Shown: piece by piece, positions 10,013 through 19,157 of the stretch
Numbering within the stretch: the first letter of the stretch is position 1
Layout: each line of letters opens with the position of its first letter
Source: Spirochaetia bacterium
GTDB taxonomy: Bacteria > Spirochaetota > Spirochaetia > SZUA-6 > Bin103
Length of the DNA stretch: 64,000 nt
Direction: 5' to 3'
Assembly (NCBI GenBank): GCA_965203905.1
Contig: CBDBDQ010000005.1
Span: 704,001 to 768,000 of the forward strand
Translations under genes and position numbers: made by a program
Notes under the pieces: generated by a model
The model's database searches: none
Seen by the model: only the letters and a program-made list of their open reading frames with translations
Told to the model about the DNA's origin: nothing

Positions 10013-11162
10013 GACGACTAGCAGAGTACTCTCACTACTAGGCCTTTCATCGCATCCCCGCGCGACGGTCAAAGAGCCAAAAAAGGACCTCGCCTTTGCT
10101 TCGCAGGGACAGCTGGTATGGCACAATTTTCGAAAGCACAAGGTCGCCATGGGGAGCCTGGCGGTGCTCAGCCTGCTGTACATCGGGGCCATCTTTGCCG
10201 ACTTCATCGCACCATACGAGAAGAACTACCGCATTCCCGATGTGCAGTTCAGCGCTCCTACGAGGGTGCGGGTATACGAGCCGGGCAAGGGTTTCTCCCG
10301 GCCGTTCGTCTTCGCGGTGACGCGGCAGTTGGATATGAAGACCTTCACCTACGAGACAGTTACCGACCGCAGCCAGAAGTGGTACCTGCGCTTCTTCGTG
10401 AAGACCGATCCCTACAAGCTCCTGCGCTTCATCCCAGTTTCCCACCGCCTCTTTGGCGTGGATACCGGCTACATATCGCTGTTCGGTACCGACAATCTGG
10501 GCATAGACATCCTCTCCCAGACGCTATACGCCAGCCGCATTTCCCTCTCGGTAGGGCTTGTCGGTGTGGCGATCAGCTTCGTCCTCGGCGTGATCCTGGG
10601 CGGGATCTCCGGCTACTTCGGCGGCACCGTAGACGAAATCATCCAGCGCTTCATCGAGTTCATCATAACCCTGCCCCAGCTGCCGCTGTGGATCGCGCTC
10701 TCGGCGGCCGTCCCGAACCGATGGACGGGCATCCAGACCTTCTTCGCCATCACGGTCATCCTCTCGTTGGTCGGCTGGACGAGTCTTGCGCGCGTGGTGC
10801 GCGGCCGGCTGATCTCGATGCGGGAGGAAGACTACGTCATGGCGGCGCGGGTTGCCGGGCGCCGGGACGGGGCCATTATCCGTCTTCACCTGCTGCCGGG
10901 CTTTATGAGCTACCTGGTGGTGAGCATCACACTGGCCATTCCTGCCATGATCCTCGGGGAGACCACGCTGAGCTTCCTGGGCATAGGGATCCTCCCGCCC
11001 GAGGTGAGCTGGGGCGCGATGCTGAGGGAGGCCAACGACGTCACGCTGATATTCAACTATACTTGGTACCTGACCCCCTGCATCTTCGTGATTGTTGCCG
11101 TGCTGGCCTACAATTTCATTGGTGACGGCTTGCGCGATGCGGCCGATCCATACGCGCGTTAG
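10005..11162 (+). CDS. ABC transporter permease, OppC/DppC family
   Basis: Paralog of 1324-2475, ends NFIGDGLRDAADPY. TTG start overlaps the upstream gene. Confidence 0.9.
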   Translation: MSKTTSRVLSLLGLSSHPRATVKEPKKDLAFASQGQLVWHNFRKHKVAMGSLAVLSLLYIGAIFADFIAPYEKNYRIPDVQFSAPTRVRVYEPGKGFSRPFVFAVTRQLDMKTFTYETVTDRSQKWYLRFFVKTDPYKLLRFIPVSHRLFGVDTGYISLFGTDNLGIDILSQTLYASRISLSVGLVGVAISFVLGVILGGISGYFGGTVDEIIQRFIEFIITLPQLPLWIALSAAVPNRWTGIQTFFAITVILSLVGWTSLARVVRGRLISMREEDYVMAARVAGRRDGAIIRLHLLPGFMSYLVVSITLAIPAMILGETTLSFLGIGILPPEVSWGAMLREANDVTLIFNYTWYLTPCIFVIVAVLAYNFIGDGLRDAADPYAR

Positions 11163-11177
11163 GAAAGGGCATGTGAT

Positions 11178-11975
11178 ATGAGTGACCGGTTCGGATTCGA
11201 TGCGCCGAAGTCGCAGCCGATTGAGGACTCGATCGTATGGGCGGCGGGCAACGGGTTCCGCTACATCGACTTTCAGGCCGACGTGCCGCCCAACGCCATT
11301 GCCTCCTTCGACCGCGGCCGGGTGCGCACGGTGCGGGAGCTGTGCGAGCGGCACGGCGTGGCGCTCGGCATCCACCCCTCCTCCGCCATCAACAACGCGG
11401 AGTACGTCCCGATCATGGCGGAGGCGGCCAGCGAGTACCTGGCGGCCAATCTCGACCTGGCGGAGCGGCTCGGCTGCGGCTGGATCATCGGCCACGGCGG
11501 CTACCACTTCGGCGACCTGGAGCTGCGCCGCGCAGCGGCGATCGAACGGTTGCGGCGGCTGGTCGACCGCGCCGAGCAGAAGGGGCTCACGGTGTTCTTC
11601 GAAAACCACAACCGGGAGCCGGAGCACGCCGAGATGCACTACCTGCCGCACAACGTGGAGGAGACGCGCTGGTTCTTCGACGCCATCCGCTCGCCGCACT
11701 TCAAGTGGGCGTTCAACGTGGCCCACGGCAACCTGGTGCCGGAGGGGTGGCGCGGTTTTCTGGATGCGTTCGGGGCCGACAACATCGGCCAGGTGCGGCT
11801 CAACGACAATCGTGGGGACTACGAGATCCACCTGGTCCCGGGCGCGGGCAACATCGACTTCGCGGCGCTGTTCGCCGGGCTGCGGGCAGCCGGTTACACG
11901 GGCTGGTTCAGCCTGGGGTTCGGCGATGCGGCGGACAAGATACGCGTCAGGGAGTGGTTTGCCGGTCTCCTCTGA
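11178..11975 (+). CDS. Sugar phosphate isomerase/epimerase (xylose isomerase-like TIM barrel)
   Basis: FFENH, NVAHG, LNDNRG..E.HLVPGAGNIDF..L...GYTG pattern of the AP_endonuc_2 family. Some usual metal ligands are substituted. Confidence 0.8.
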   Translation: MSDRFGFDAPKSQPIEDSIVWAAGNGFRYIDFQADVPPNAIASFDRGRVRTVRELCERHGVALGIHPSSAINNAEYVPIMAEAASEYLAANLDLAERLGCGWIIGHGGYHFGDLELRRAAAIERLRRLVDRAEQKGLTVFFENHNREPEHAEMHYLPHNVEETRWFFDAIRSPHFKWAFNVAHGNLVPEGWRGFLDAFGADNIGQVRLNDNRGDYEIHLVPGAGNIDFAALFAGLRAAGYTGWFSLGFGDAADKIRVREWFAGLL

Positions 11976-13470
11976 GGGGACGGTCGGACCGGTCCTGGTG
12001 ACCGGGGCCAGCGGCTACGTCGGCGGCCGCCTGGTGCCGCTGCTGGAGCGGCGCGGCGAGCGGGTGCGCTGTCTGGCGCGTCGTCCCGAGTTGCTCGCGG
12101 GCCGCTTCGCCGCGAGCACCAAGCTGGTTGCCGGCGACGTGCTGGATTCCGCCTCCCTGCGTGGTGCGCTGGCGGGGGTGGCCAGCGCCTACTACCTGGT
12201 GCACGCGCTCGGCTCCCGCGGCCGCTTCGAGGAGGAGGAGGAACGGGCGGCGCACACCTTCGCCGCCGCGGCCCGCGCCGCCGGCGTGCGGCGCATCGTC
12301 TACCTCGGTGGCCTGGTCACCGCCGGCACTGCGCTGGCTTCCTCCGCCCACATGCGCAGCCGGCTGCGGGTGGGCGAGATCCTGCGCGCCTCCGGCGTAC
12401 CCACGGTCGAGTTCCGCGCCTCGATCGTCATCGGCGCCGGCAGCCTCTCCTTCGAGATGATCCGCGCCCTGGTGCAGCGGCTGCCGGTCATGGTGACGCC
12501 GCGCTGGGTGACGGTGCAGGCGCAGCCGATCGCCATAGACGACGTGCTCGCCTACCTGGTAGCCGCCCTCGACCTGCTGCCGGCCGGCGCGCGGGTATTC
12601 GAGATCGGCGGCGGCGCGGTGACCACCTACCGCGGGCTGATGCAGGAGTATGCGCGGCAGCGCGGCACGCGGCGGCTGTTCCTGCCGGTGCCGTTGCTGA
12701 CGCCGCACCTCTCCAGCCTGTGGCTCGGCCTGGTGACGCCCCTGTTCGCACGCGTCGGCCGCAAGCTGATCGAAAGCATCACCGTGCCCAGCGTGGTGCG
12801 CGACGCCGGCGCCGCGCGTGCGTTCGCGATCCGCCCGTGCGACTACCGCACTGCGATCCGTCGGGCGCTGGCCGAGGAGGACGCCCGTTTCGTCGCCACC
12901 CGCTGGGCGGATGCCGGCTCCGCCGTCGCCGGCGTGCCGCGCCGCTGGGGCGGGGTACGCTTCGGCACGCGCCTGGTCGACTCGCGTACCGTGACCGCCG
13001 CCGCAACGCCGACCGTGGCGTTCGCACCGGTGCAGGGCATCGGCGGCGCCGCCGGCTGGTACTACGGCAACTCCCTGTGGCGCCTGCGCGGGATATTGGA
13101 CCGGCTGTTCGGCGGTCCCGGCATGAAGCGCGGGCGCCGCGACCCGCGGGAGCTGCGGCCCGGCGACGTGGTCGACTGCTGGCGGGTGCTGGCCTGCGAA
13201 CCGCCGCGGCGGCTCACGCTGGAGGCCGAGATGCGCCTGCCGGGGCGCGCCTGGCTGCAATTCGAGGTGACCCCCTGCGCACGCGGCGTGCACATCCGCC
13301 AGACCGCGCTGTTCGACCCCGTGGGACTGACCGGCCTGGCATACTGGTACCTGCTGTACCCGGCCCACGCCCTGATCTTCCGAGGCATGCTGGACGGCGT
13401 GGCAGCCCGTGCCACCCGAAGCTCCTGTTGCCTCAAGACCAAAGAAAGCCCAGAATTGGAGCGAGAATGA
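11959..13470 (+). CDS. NAD(P)-binding SDR oxidoreductase with C-terminal DUF2867 (YbjT-like)
   Basis: VLVTGASGYVGG Rossmann motif, AYYLVH, GWYYGNSLWRLRG..D, AEMRLPGRAWLQF. TTG start inferred from a GGAG upstream. Confidence 0.85.
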   Translation: MPVSSEGTVGPVLVTGASGYVGGRLVPLLERRGERVRCLARRPELLAGRFAASTKLVAGDVLDSASLRGALAGVASAYYLVHALGSRGRFEEEEERAAHTFAAAARAAGVRRIVYLGGLVTAGTALASSAHMRSRLRVGEILRASGVPTVEFRASIVIGAGSLSFEMIRALVQRLPVMVTPRWVTVQAQPIAIDDVLAYLVAALDLLPAGARVFEIGGGAVTTYRGLMQEYARQRGTRRLFLPVPLLTPHLSSLWLGLVTPLFARVGRKLIESITVPSVVRDAGAARAFAIRPCDYRTAIRRALAEEDARFVATRWADAGSAVAGVPRRWGGVRFGTRLVDSRTVTAAATPTVAFAPVQGIGGAAGWYYGNSLWRLRGILDRLFGGPGMKRGRRDPRELRPGDVVDCWRVLACEPPRRLTLEAEMRLPGRAWLQFEVTPCARGVHIRQTALFDPVGLTGLAYWYLLYPAHALIFRGMLDGVAARATRSSCCLKTKESPELERE

Positions 13471-13913
13471 CGCTCTATCTGGATACGTCAGTCATTTCGG
13501 CGCTGTTTGACAAGCGCAACCCAGAGAGGAAAGTGCTTACAAAAGACTTCTTCGAAGGCAGGACCGCGGACCGACTCCTCGTATCAGAGCTCACGCTTGC
13601 TGAGGTCGAGAACACGCCGAGCGAAGACTTGCGGCGGTCAATGCGGACGATCACGGATCGCTACGACGTGGTCTCGGTGACCGAGGATGCCGAAAGACTG
13701 GCTCACCGATATGTCGAAGCCGGTGCTGTAGGCAGTACCTACACCGCTGACGCCTATCACATCGCTATCGCTGTAGTGTGCACTGCCGACATCTTGGTGA
13801 GTTGGAACTTCAGGCACATAGTGCGACGGAAGACACGCGACATCGTGAACATGGTCAACACGACCGTAGGCTACCCTCACATGGAGATTGTTTCTCCTGG
13901 TGAACTGCTCTGA
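13467..13913 (+). CDS. PIN-domain protein (VapC-like ribonuclease)
   Basis: LYLDTSVIS, LAEV, DAYHIAIA, LVSWNFRHIV. Lower GC than the flanks. Confidence 0.85.
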   Translation: MTLYLDTSVISALFDKRNPERKVLTKDFFEGRTADRLLVSELTLAEVENTPSEDLRRSMRTITDRYDVVSVTEDAERLAHRYVEAGAVGSTYTADAYHIAIAVVCTADILVSWNFRHIVRRKTRDIVNMVNTTVGYPHMEIVSPGELL

Positions 13914-13930
13914 GGTCAAGGAGATACGTA

Positions 13931-14104
13931 GTGGAGAAGCAAGAAGCAGAATCAAGGATCAGGGACGAGTTTCCGGGAGACGAGGCACTTCAGCAAGTGC
14001 ACTTGGCGCGCGCTTTTCTGCAGCAGAAAGCGGTGGACAAGGGGATCACTCTTGCTGAGTATGTCAGGTCTTTAGGGCTGGCCAAGAGTCGACCTCGGAC
14101 CTGA
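13931..14104 (+). CDS. 57-aa hypothetical protein, candidate partner/antitoxin of the upstream PIN protein (not in ORF track)
   Basis: AAGGAG RBS then GTG. Reads MEKQEAESRIRDEFPGDEALQQVHLARAFLQQKAVDKGITLAEYVRSLGLAKSRPRT*. Confidence 0.65.
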   Translation: MEKQEAESRIRDEFPGDEALQQVHLARAFLQQKAVDKGITLAEYVRSLGLAKSRPRT

Positions 14105-14149
14105 GCGTCTGCCTGCCATGTGAAGGTCCGTTCCTCAATCCGCGCCTTC

Positions 14150-14270
14150 TCAAGCGGAGTTCGGCGGCGAACCGGACGCCTCGCTCAGCCCCAGTTCCAG
14201 AACGGCGGTCTTGGTCTTGCCCTGATGAATCGACATGGCACGCCGGACGAGATTGTCATCCAGATTGATC
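14150..14270 (-). pseudogene. VapB-type antitoxin remnant
   Basis: INLDDNLVRRAMSIHQGKTKTAVLELGL resembles VapB N-termini. The start region is replaced by the araB fragment and no toxin follows. Confidence 0.6.
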
Positions 14271-14504
14271 CTCGACGCGCGTTTCGCCGATAACCCCAAC
14301 GCGATGTTCGTGCGGTAGAAGGACCCTACCGCGGTATGCGAGGCAGAGCAGATCAACCTGGCGCACACTTGGGGCGGCGCCGACTACACCGCTTCGAGGG
14401 CGGCATCTACTCGTCGGAGTGGTTCTGGGCCAAGGTGCAGCACGTGCTCCGCGCCGACCCCGCGGTGGCGGCGGCGGCCTGGTCCTGGACCGAGCACTGC
14501 GACT
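14271..14504 (+). pseudogene. Degenerate internal fragment of ribulokinase (copy of 15657-15894)
   Basis: Aligns base-by-base to araB, with a TGG>TAG stop, a 3-nt deletion and a 1-nt deletion. Confidence 0.9.
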
Positions 14505-14582
14505 CCCGCCTCACCTGCGCGGAGGAGTAGCCGGGAGCAGAGCGGTGTTGTCACGTAGTCTGATTGATGCCAACATGATATC

Positions 14583-14849
14583 ATGATCAGGACCCAGGTG
14601 CAGTTCACCGAGCAGCAGTTGAGCCTCTTGAAACGACTGGCCGCGGCCCGTGGCGTCTCAGTTGCCGAGCTGGTCCGAAATGGCGTGGACCTGTTGCTGG
14701 ACGCAGCGAAACACGCGCCGCAGACAGACAGGGCGCGGCGGGCGCTCGCGGTCGCCGGGCGATTTCGCTCCGGTCGCAACGACGTAGCGCGACGGCACGA
14801 CCGGTACCTCGCCGAGGCCTATGGAAAACCGCATCCGGGCGCGGAATGA
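14583..14849 (+). CDS. Ribbon-helix-helix (CopG-like) antitoxin
   Basis: MIRTQVQFTEQQ..LK..AA..GVSVAELVR and C-terminal G.FRSG..DVA..HD.YL. Overlaps the PIN gene (ATGA). Confidence 0.85.
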   Translation: MIRTQVQFTEQQLSLLKRLAAARGVSVAELVRNGVDLLLDAAKHAPQTDRARRALAVAGRFRSGRNDVARRHDRYLAEAYGKPHPGAE

Positions 14850-15241
14850 GCGTCTTCGTCGACACCTCTGCGCTCTATGCGGTGCTGGATGCCGATGATG
14901 ATGCGCACACCGCGGCGCTCGAGGCGTGGACCGACTTGATCCGTACGCAGCAGTCGATGTGCACCTCCAACTACGTATGCGTGGAGAGTGCCGCCCTGCT
15001 TCAGTCGCGGATCGGCATGAGCGCCGTGCGGGCGCTGTTCGACGATCTCCTGCCAGTTGTGTCGGTGGTGGTGATCGACGAAGCGCTGCACGACCAGGCC
15101 GTGGCCACCCTGCTCGACGCTGACCGCCGCCGGCTGAGTCTCGTCGACTGCGCGAGCTTCGCGGTGATGCGGCAGCGCGGGATCATGAAGGCGTTCGCCT
15201 ACGATCCGCACTTCGAAGAGCGAGGGTTCCAACTCGTGTAG
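14846..15241 (+). CDS. vapC: VapC PIN-domain toxin
   Basis: VFVDTSA, TSNYVCVE, LSLVDCASFAVM, AFAYDPHF. Confidence 0.9.
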   Translation: MSVFVDTSALYAVLDADDDAHTAALEAWTDLIRTQQSMCTSNYVCVESAALLQSRIGMSAVRALFDDLLPVVSVVVIDEALHDQAVATLLDADRRRLSLVDCASFAVMRQRGIMKAFAYDPHFEERGFQLV

Positions 15242-15341
15242 CCACTCGGTTGCGTGCCGCCGCGATGGTGGCCCGACGGAGGAGCCAGCGGGCTGGACCG
15301 TAGTCGATGCCCTTGCCTACACTGCGCGGCGGAGGTGAACC

Positions 15342-16991
15342 ATGGCTGAACCGCGCTGCATCGGCATCGACTTCGGCACCGACTCGGTACGCGTCGTGCT
15401 GGTGCGAGTCGACACCGGAGACCAGGAGGGGCGCGCGGTGGCGGCCTATCCCCGCTGGAACGAAGGGCGCTACAGCGACGCGGCGGCCAACCGCTTCCGC
15501 CAGCATCCCCTGGACTACACCGAGAGCCTGGAGCGTGCTTGCCAGGAGCTGACCTCCGCGCTGAGCGCGGCGCAGCGCGACGCCATCATCGGAATCGGAG
15601 TCGATACCACCGGATCGACGGTTTGCGCAGTGGACGAGGCGGGCGCTCCGCTCTCCCTCGACGCGCGCTTCGCCGAGAACCCGAACGCGATGTTCGTGCT
15701 GTGGAAGGACCACACCGCGGTGCGCGAGGCGGACGAGATCAACGACCTGGCGCGCACCTGGGGTGGCCCCGACTACACCCGTTTCGAGGGCGGCATCTAC
15801 TCCTCGGAGTGGTTCTGGGCCAAGGTGCTGCACGTGCTGCGCGCCGATTCCGAGGTCGCCGCCGCGGCCTGGTCCTGGAGCGAGCACTGCGACTGGATCC
15901 CCGGCCTCCTGGTCGGAGCCACGGCACCGGAGGCACTGCGCCGGGGGCGCGCCGCCGCCGGCCACAAGGCGATGTGGCACGAATCGTGGGGCGGCCTGCC
16001 GAGCGCCGAGTTTCTGGGGCAGCTTGACCCGCGGCTGGCGGAGCTGCGCGGCCGCCTGTACGACGACTCCTACACCGCCGACCAGTGTGCCGGCACCCTC
16101 ACCGCCGAGTGGGCCGCGCGACTCGGACTTCCAGCCGGCATCGCGGTGGCGGTGGGCGGCTTCGACGCGCACCTGGGTGCCGTGGGCGGCGGCATCGGTC
16201 CCGGCGCCCTGACCAAGATCCTGGGCACCTCCACCTGCGACATGATCGTGACCGACGCCGCCACCCTCGGCGACCGGCTGATCCCCGGCATCTGCGGACA
16301 GGTGGACGGCTCCATCATTCCCGGCTTGGTGGGCCTGGAGGCGGGGCAGTCGGCCTACGGCGACGTGTACGCCTGGTTCCGCGACCTGCTGAGCTGGCCG
16401 CTGCGCACGCTGCCGGCGGCGCAGCGGGAGCCGCTGGAGGCGCGCCTGCTCGACGACCTGGCGGACGCCGCGGCCGCCCTGCCGGTGGATCCGGCCGGCG
16501 TGCTGAGCCTGGACTGGTTCAACGGCCGCCGCACCCCGAACGCCGACGCCACGCTGCAGGCGGCGATCACCGGGCTCAGTCTCGGCGCCGACGCCCCGGC
16601 GCTGTTCCGCTCCCTGGTCGAGGCCACCGCCTACGGCAGCCGCGCCATCAACGAGCACTTCACCGCCGCCGGCATCGCCGTGGACGAGATCATCGCCCTC
16701 GGCGGCATCTCCCAGCGCTCCGACTTCGCGGTGCAGGTTGCCGCCGACGTGCTCGACATGCCGATCAAGGTCGCCGCCACCGAGGAGGGCAGCGCTCTCG
16801 GCGCGGCGATGTGCGCCGCCACCGCCGCCGGCCACCACGCCACGGTGGAAGAGGCGCAGGCAGCCATGAGTGCCGGCTTCAAGGTCACCTACGAGCCCCA
16901 CCCCGAGCGCGCGGCCCGCTACACGGAAGGCTACCAGCGCTACCGCGAACTGGCGCAGACGGTCGAAGCCGCCCCCTGGCGGCGTAGGTAG
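15342..16991 (+). CDS. araB: Ribulokinase (FGGY family)
   Basis: [69 protein letters not shown]. Confidence 0.93.
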   Translation: MAEPRCIGIDFGTDSVRVVLVRVDTGDQEGRAVAAYPRWNEGRYSDAAANRFRQHPLDYTESLERACQELTSALSAAQRDAIIGIGVDTTGSTVCAVDEAGAPLSLDARFAENPNAMFVLWKDHTAVREADEINDLARTWGGPDYTRFEGGIYSSEWFWAKVLHVLRADSEVAAAAWSWSEHCDWIPGLLVGATAPEALRRGRAAAGHKAMWHESWGGLPSAEFLGQLDPRLAELRGRLYDDSYTADQCAGTLTAEWAARLGLPAGIAVAVGGFDAHLGAVGGGIGPGALTKILGTSTCDMIVTDAATLGDRLIPGICGQVDGSIIPGLVGLEAGQSAYGDVYAWFRDLLSWPLRTLPAAQREPLEARLLDDLADAAAALPVDPAGVLSLDWFNGRRTPNADATLQAAITGLSLGADAPALFRSLVEATAYGSRAINEHFTAAGIAVDEIIALGGISQRSDFAVQVAADVLDMPIKVAATEEGSALGAAMCAATAAGHHATVEEAQAAMSAGFKVTYEPHPERAARYTEGYQRYRELAQTVEAAPWRRR

Positions 16992-17009
16992 TCGCGCTGC
17001 TCAGCACAG

Positions 17010-17283
17010 CGTTGCCGATATAAACGAAGCGAAAGCTCACCTAGGCAGCTTCCTGGATGCTGTGAAAGCCGGCGATGAGGTGGTCATCACCGATCACGGT
17101 CGCTCTGTGGCCCGCATTATCAGGGAACCCAAGGATTCAGACTCCGACGCGGAGCGGCTGCAACGTCTTGCGACATCCGGGCTAGTAACTCTGCCAGCCG
17201 AGAATTCATCTCCCGAGAGTTACATGCCCCCACGAATCAAAGGAAGGCCGTTGTCAGACATCGTGTCCGAAGATCGCAGTTGA
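17010..17283 (+). pseudogene. Phd/YefM-family antitoxin (no clear start codon)
   Basis: DINEAKAHLGSFLDAVKAGDEVVITDHGRSVARI. No in-frame ATG, GTG or TTG after the araB stop. Confidence 0.7.
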
Positions 17284-17326
17284 TCGCTTTACTTCGACAT
17301 GAGCGCTCTCGTAAAGCGCTACGCTC
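17280..17326 (+). pseudogene. Frameshifted N-terminal stub of a VapC toxin
   Basis: TTG ATC GCT +1 nt TAC TTC GAC ATG AGC GCT CTC GTA AAG CGC TAC, i.e. MIA/YFDMSALVKRY, overlapping the antitoxin stop. Confidence 0.65.
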
Positions 17327-17415
17327 GCCCCTCGCGGGCGGCCGCAGCGCGCCGGGCCGGAGTTGGTAACGGCCCAGTCAAGACCTGCAACCAACCAAGC
17401 TTTGTTCTTTGCAAG

Positions 17416-18261
17416 TCAGCCCTTCAGTCCGGTAATGGTAATGCCTTCGACGAAGTATCGTTGAAAGAATGCGAATAGAACAACTATGGGAACCGTGGTC
17501 ATTACACAGGCAGCCATCAACAAGCCCCATTCCGGTTTGTAATAGGTCACTACAAATTGTTGAATCCCCAAAGAAATGGGAAACTTGCTTTCGTCATTCA
17601 AGTAGATCAAAGGACCTAAGAAGTCACGCCACGCATCTATGAACTGAAACAGAGCCACTACCGACAACGCGGCCTTGCATTGAGGGATTATGATCCACGC
17701 GAAAATCATCAGCTCCCCGGCGCCGTCAATTCGTGCACAACTGCTGTACTCCTCGGGAATGGTCATAAAAAACTGCCGCAGCAAGAAGATGAAAAAGGCG
17801 TTGCCAAAGAAATGCGGGACCACCAAAGGCAGATACGTGTTGGCCCAGCCCAACTTGTGCATCATCAAGAACAGCGGGATCATGGTGACCTGGAAGGGGA
17901 TCATCATCATGCTCAATGTCAACAAGAAGCCGAACTTCTTGAACGGCCAGTCCAATCTTGCGAAACTGTACGCGACCAGGGAATTGGAAAAAAGCGCCCC
18001 CAGTATTGTCAGCGCACAGTAAATGGCTGAGTTCTTGATGTAGTTGAAGAATGGGATAAACCTGGTGGCTTCAACATAGTTGCTCCACTGTGCCGGAATG
18101 GGCATCCACACCGGGGGGTATTGAAAGATCTGTACGCTGGATTTCAATGATGTTACCACCATCCAATAGATGGGCAAGAGAAACAATACTACCCCGACGA
18201 TGGTGGCAGCGGCAGCGACCATCGTGTTGCCGTGCCGATCTCTCATGGCGATGGTTCTCAT
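17416..18261 (-). CDS. Carbohydrate ABC permease (MalG-like)
   Basis: LLRQFFMTIPEE...ARIDGA EAA loop, ends FQRYFVEGITITGLKG. Confidence 0.92.
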   Translation of the reverse strand: MRTIAMRDRHGNTMVAAAATIVGVVLFLLPIYWMVVTSLKSSVQIFQYPPVWMPIPAQWSNYVEATRFIPFFNYIKNSAIYCALTILGALFSNSLVAYSFARLDWPFKKFGFLLTLSMMMIPFQVTMIPLFLMMHKLGWANTYLPLVVPHFFGNAFFIFLLRQFFMTIPEEYSSCARIDGAGELMIFAWIIIPQCKAALSVVALFQFIDAWRDFLGPLIYLNDESKFPISLGIQQFVVTYYKPEWGLLMAACVMTTVPIVVLFAFFQRYFVEGITITGLKG

Positions 18262-19151
18262 CTGTTCTCCGCTTCGTAGTAGATCCAGTTGGAGGAGCGC
18301 CTGATGACGAACAGAGTTACCGCGATAGTTATGATAAACAAGATCCAAGCCATGGCCGACGCATAACCCATCTTGTAAAACCGAAATGCATTGTTATAGA
18401 GGTACATCGAGTAAAAGGTGGCACTGCGCAAAGGCCCACCGTACGTCACCCCCGCCGTCGTGGTCATTATGTAGGGTATGTCGAAGTACACGAATGTGCG
18501 TATTATTCCGATGATTACATTGAATAGAATAATTGGAGATATCATCGGCAGGGTGATATAAAGGGTCTTGCGGACAGGAGAAGCACCCTCCAGGTCCGCG
18601 GCCTCATAGAGTTGCGGTGAAACATCCTTCAAGGAGGCGAGGAAGATGAGCATCAGGTCACCGATAAGCCAGCAATTTATCATTATCAGTGCCGGCTTGA
18701 TCCAGCGCGGGTCGCCAAGCCATCCCGGGCCACGGATACCGACCAGTTGGAGGATGGCATTCAACATGCCGACCTCCGCGTCAAGCATCCAGCGCCAGAC
18801 TATCGCAATTACCACGATAGGTACTACACTGGGCAGATAGAAGATTGCCCTGCTCACCCTGACTCCCGGGAAGCGGCGGTTCAGCAGCATCGCTACAAAC
18901 AGTGCTACCGCAACCGTAATCGGGAGTCCAATCAGAAACAGATAGATGGTGTTCTGTAGTGAAACCCAGAACACCTCGTCTCTGAGAAGGCTTACGTAGT
19001 TTTCCAGTCCCACAAAAAACGGCGGGGTGACGATATCGAATTCAGTGAAGCTGTTGTATATCGATGCCCCAATGGGATAGAATCTGAAAACCACCATGCC
19101 CACGAGCCAGGGCGAGGCAAAGAGCAATCCGACGGAGATTCTCCGTTTCAA
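18258..19151 (-). CDS. Carbohydrate ABC permease (MalF-like)
   Basis: FVGLENY, LYEAADLEGA, MGYASAMAW. Confidence 0.92.
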   Translation of the reverse strand: MKRRISVGLLFASPWLVGMVVFRFYPIGASIYNSFTEFDIVTPPFFVGLENYVSLLRDEVFWVSLQNTIYLFLIGLPITVAVALFVAMLLNRRFPGVRVSRAIFYLPSVVPIVVIAIVWRWMLDAEVGMLNAILQLVGIRGPGWLGDPRWIKPALIMINCWLIGDLMLIFLASLKDVSPQLYEAADLEGASPVRKTLYITLPMISPIILFNVIIGIIRTFVYFDIPYIMTTTAGVTYGGPLRSATFYSMYLYNNAFRFYKMGYASAMAWILFIITIAVTLFVIRRSSNWIYYEAENR

Positions 19152-19157
19152 GATTTG

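Noticed and set aside
11182-11958. N-terminal extension making a 762-aa SDR fusion
   Set aside because: It overlaps the epimerase in another frame and is low-complexity Arg/Ser/Thr. SDR motifs begin only near 11990.
13467-17326. Integron cassette array explaining the TA cluster
   Set aside because: No intI gene and no repeated attC-like sites were seen between the modules.
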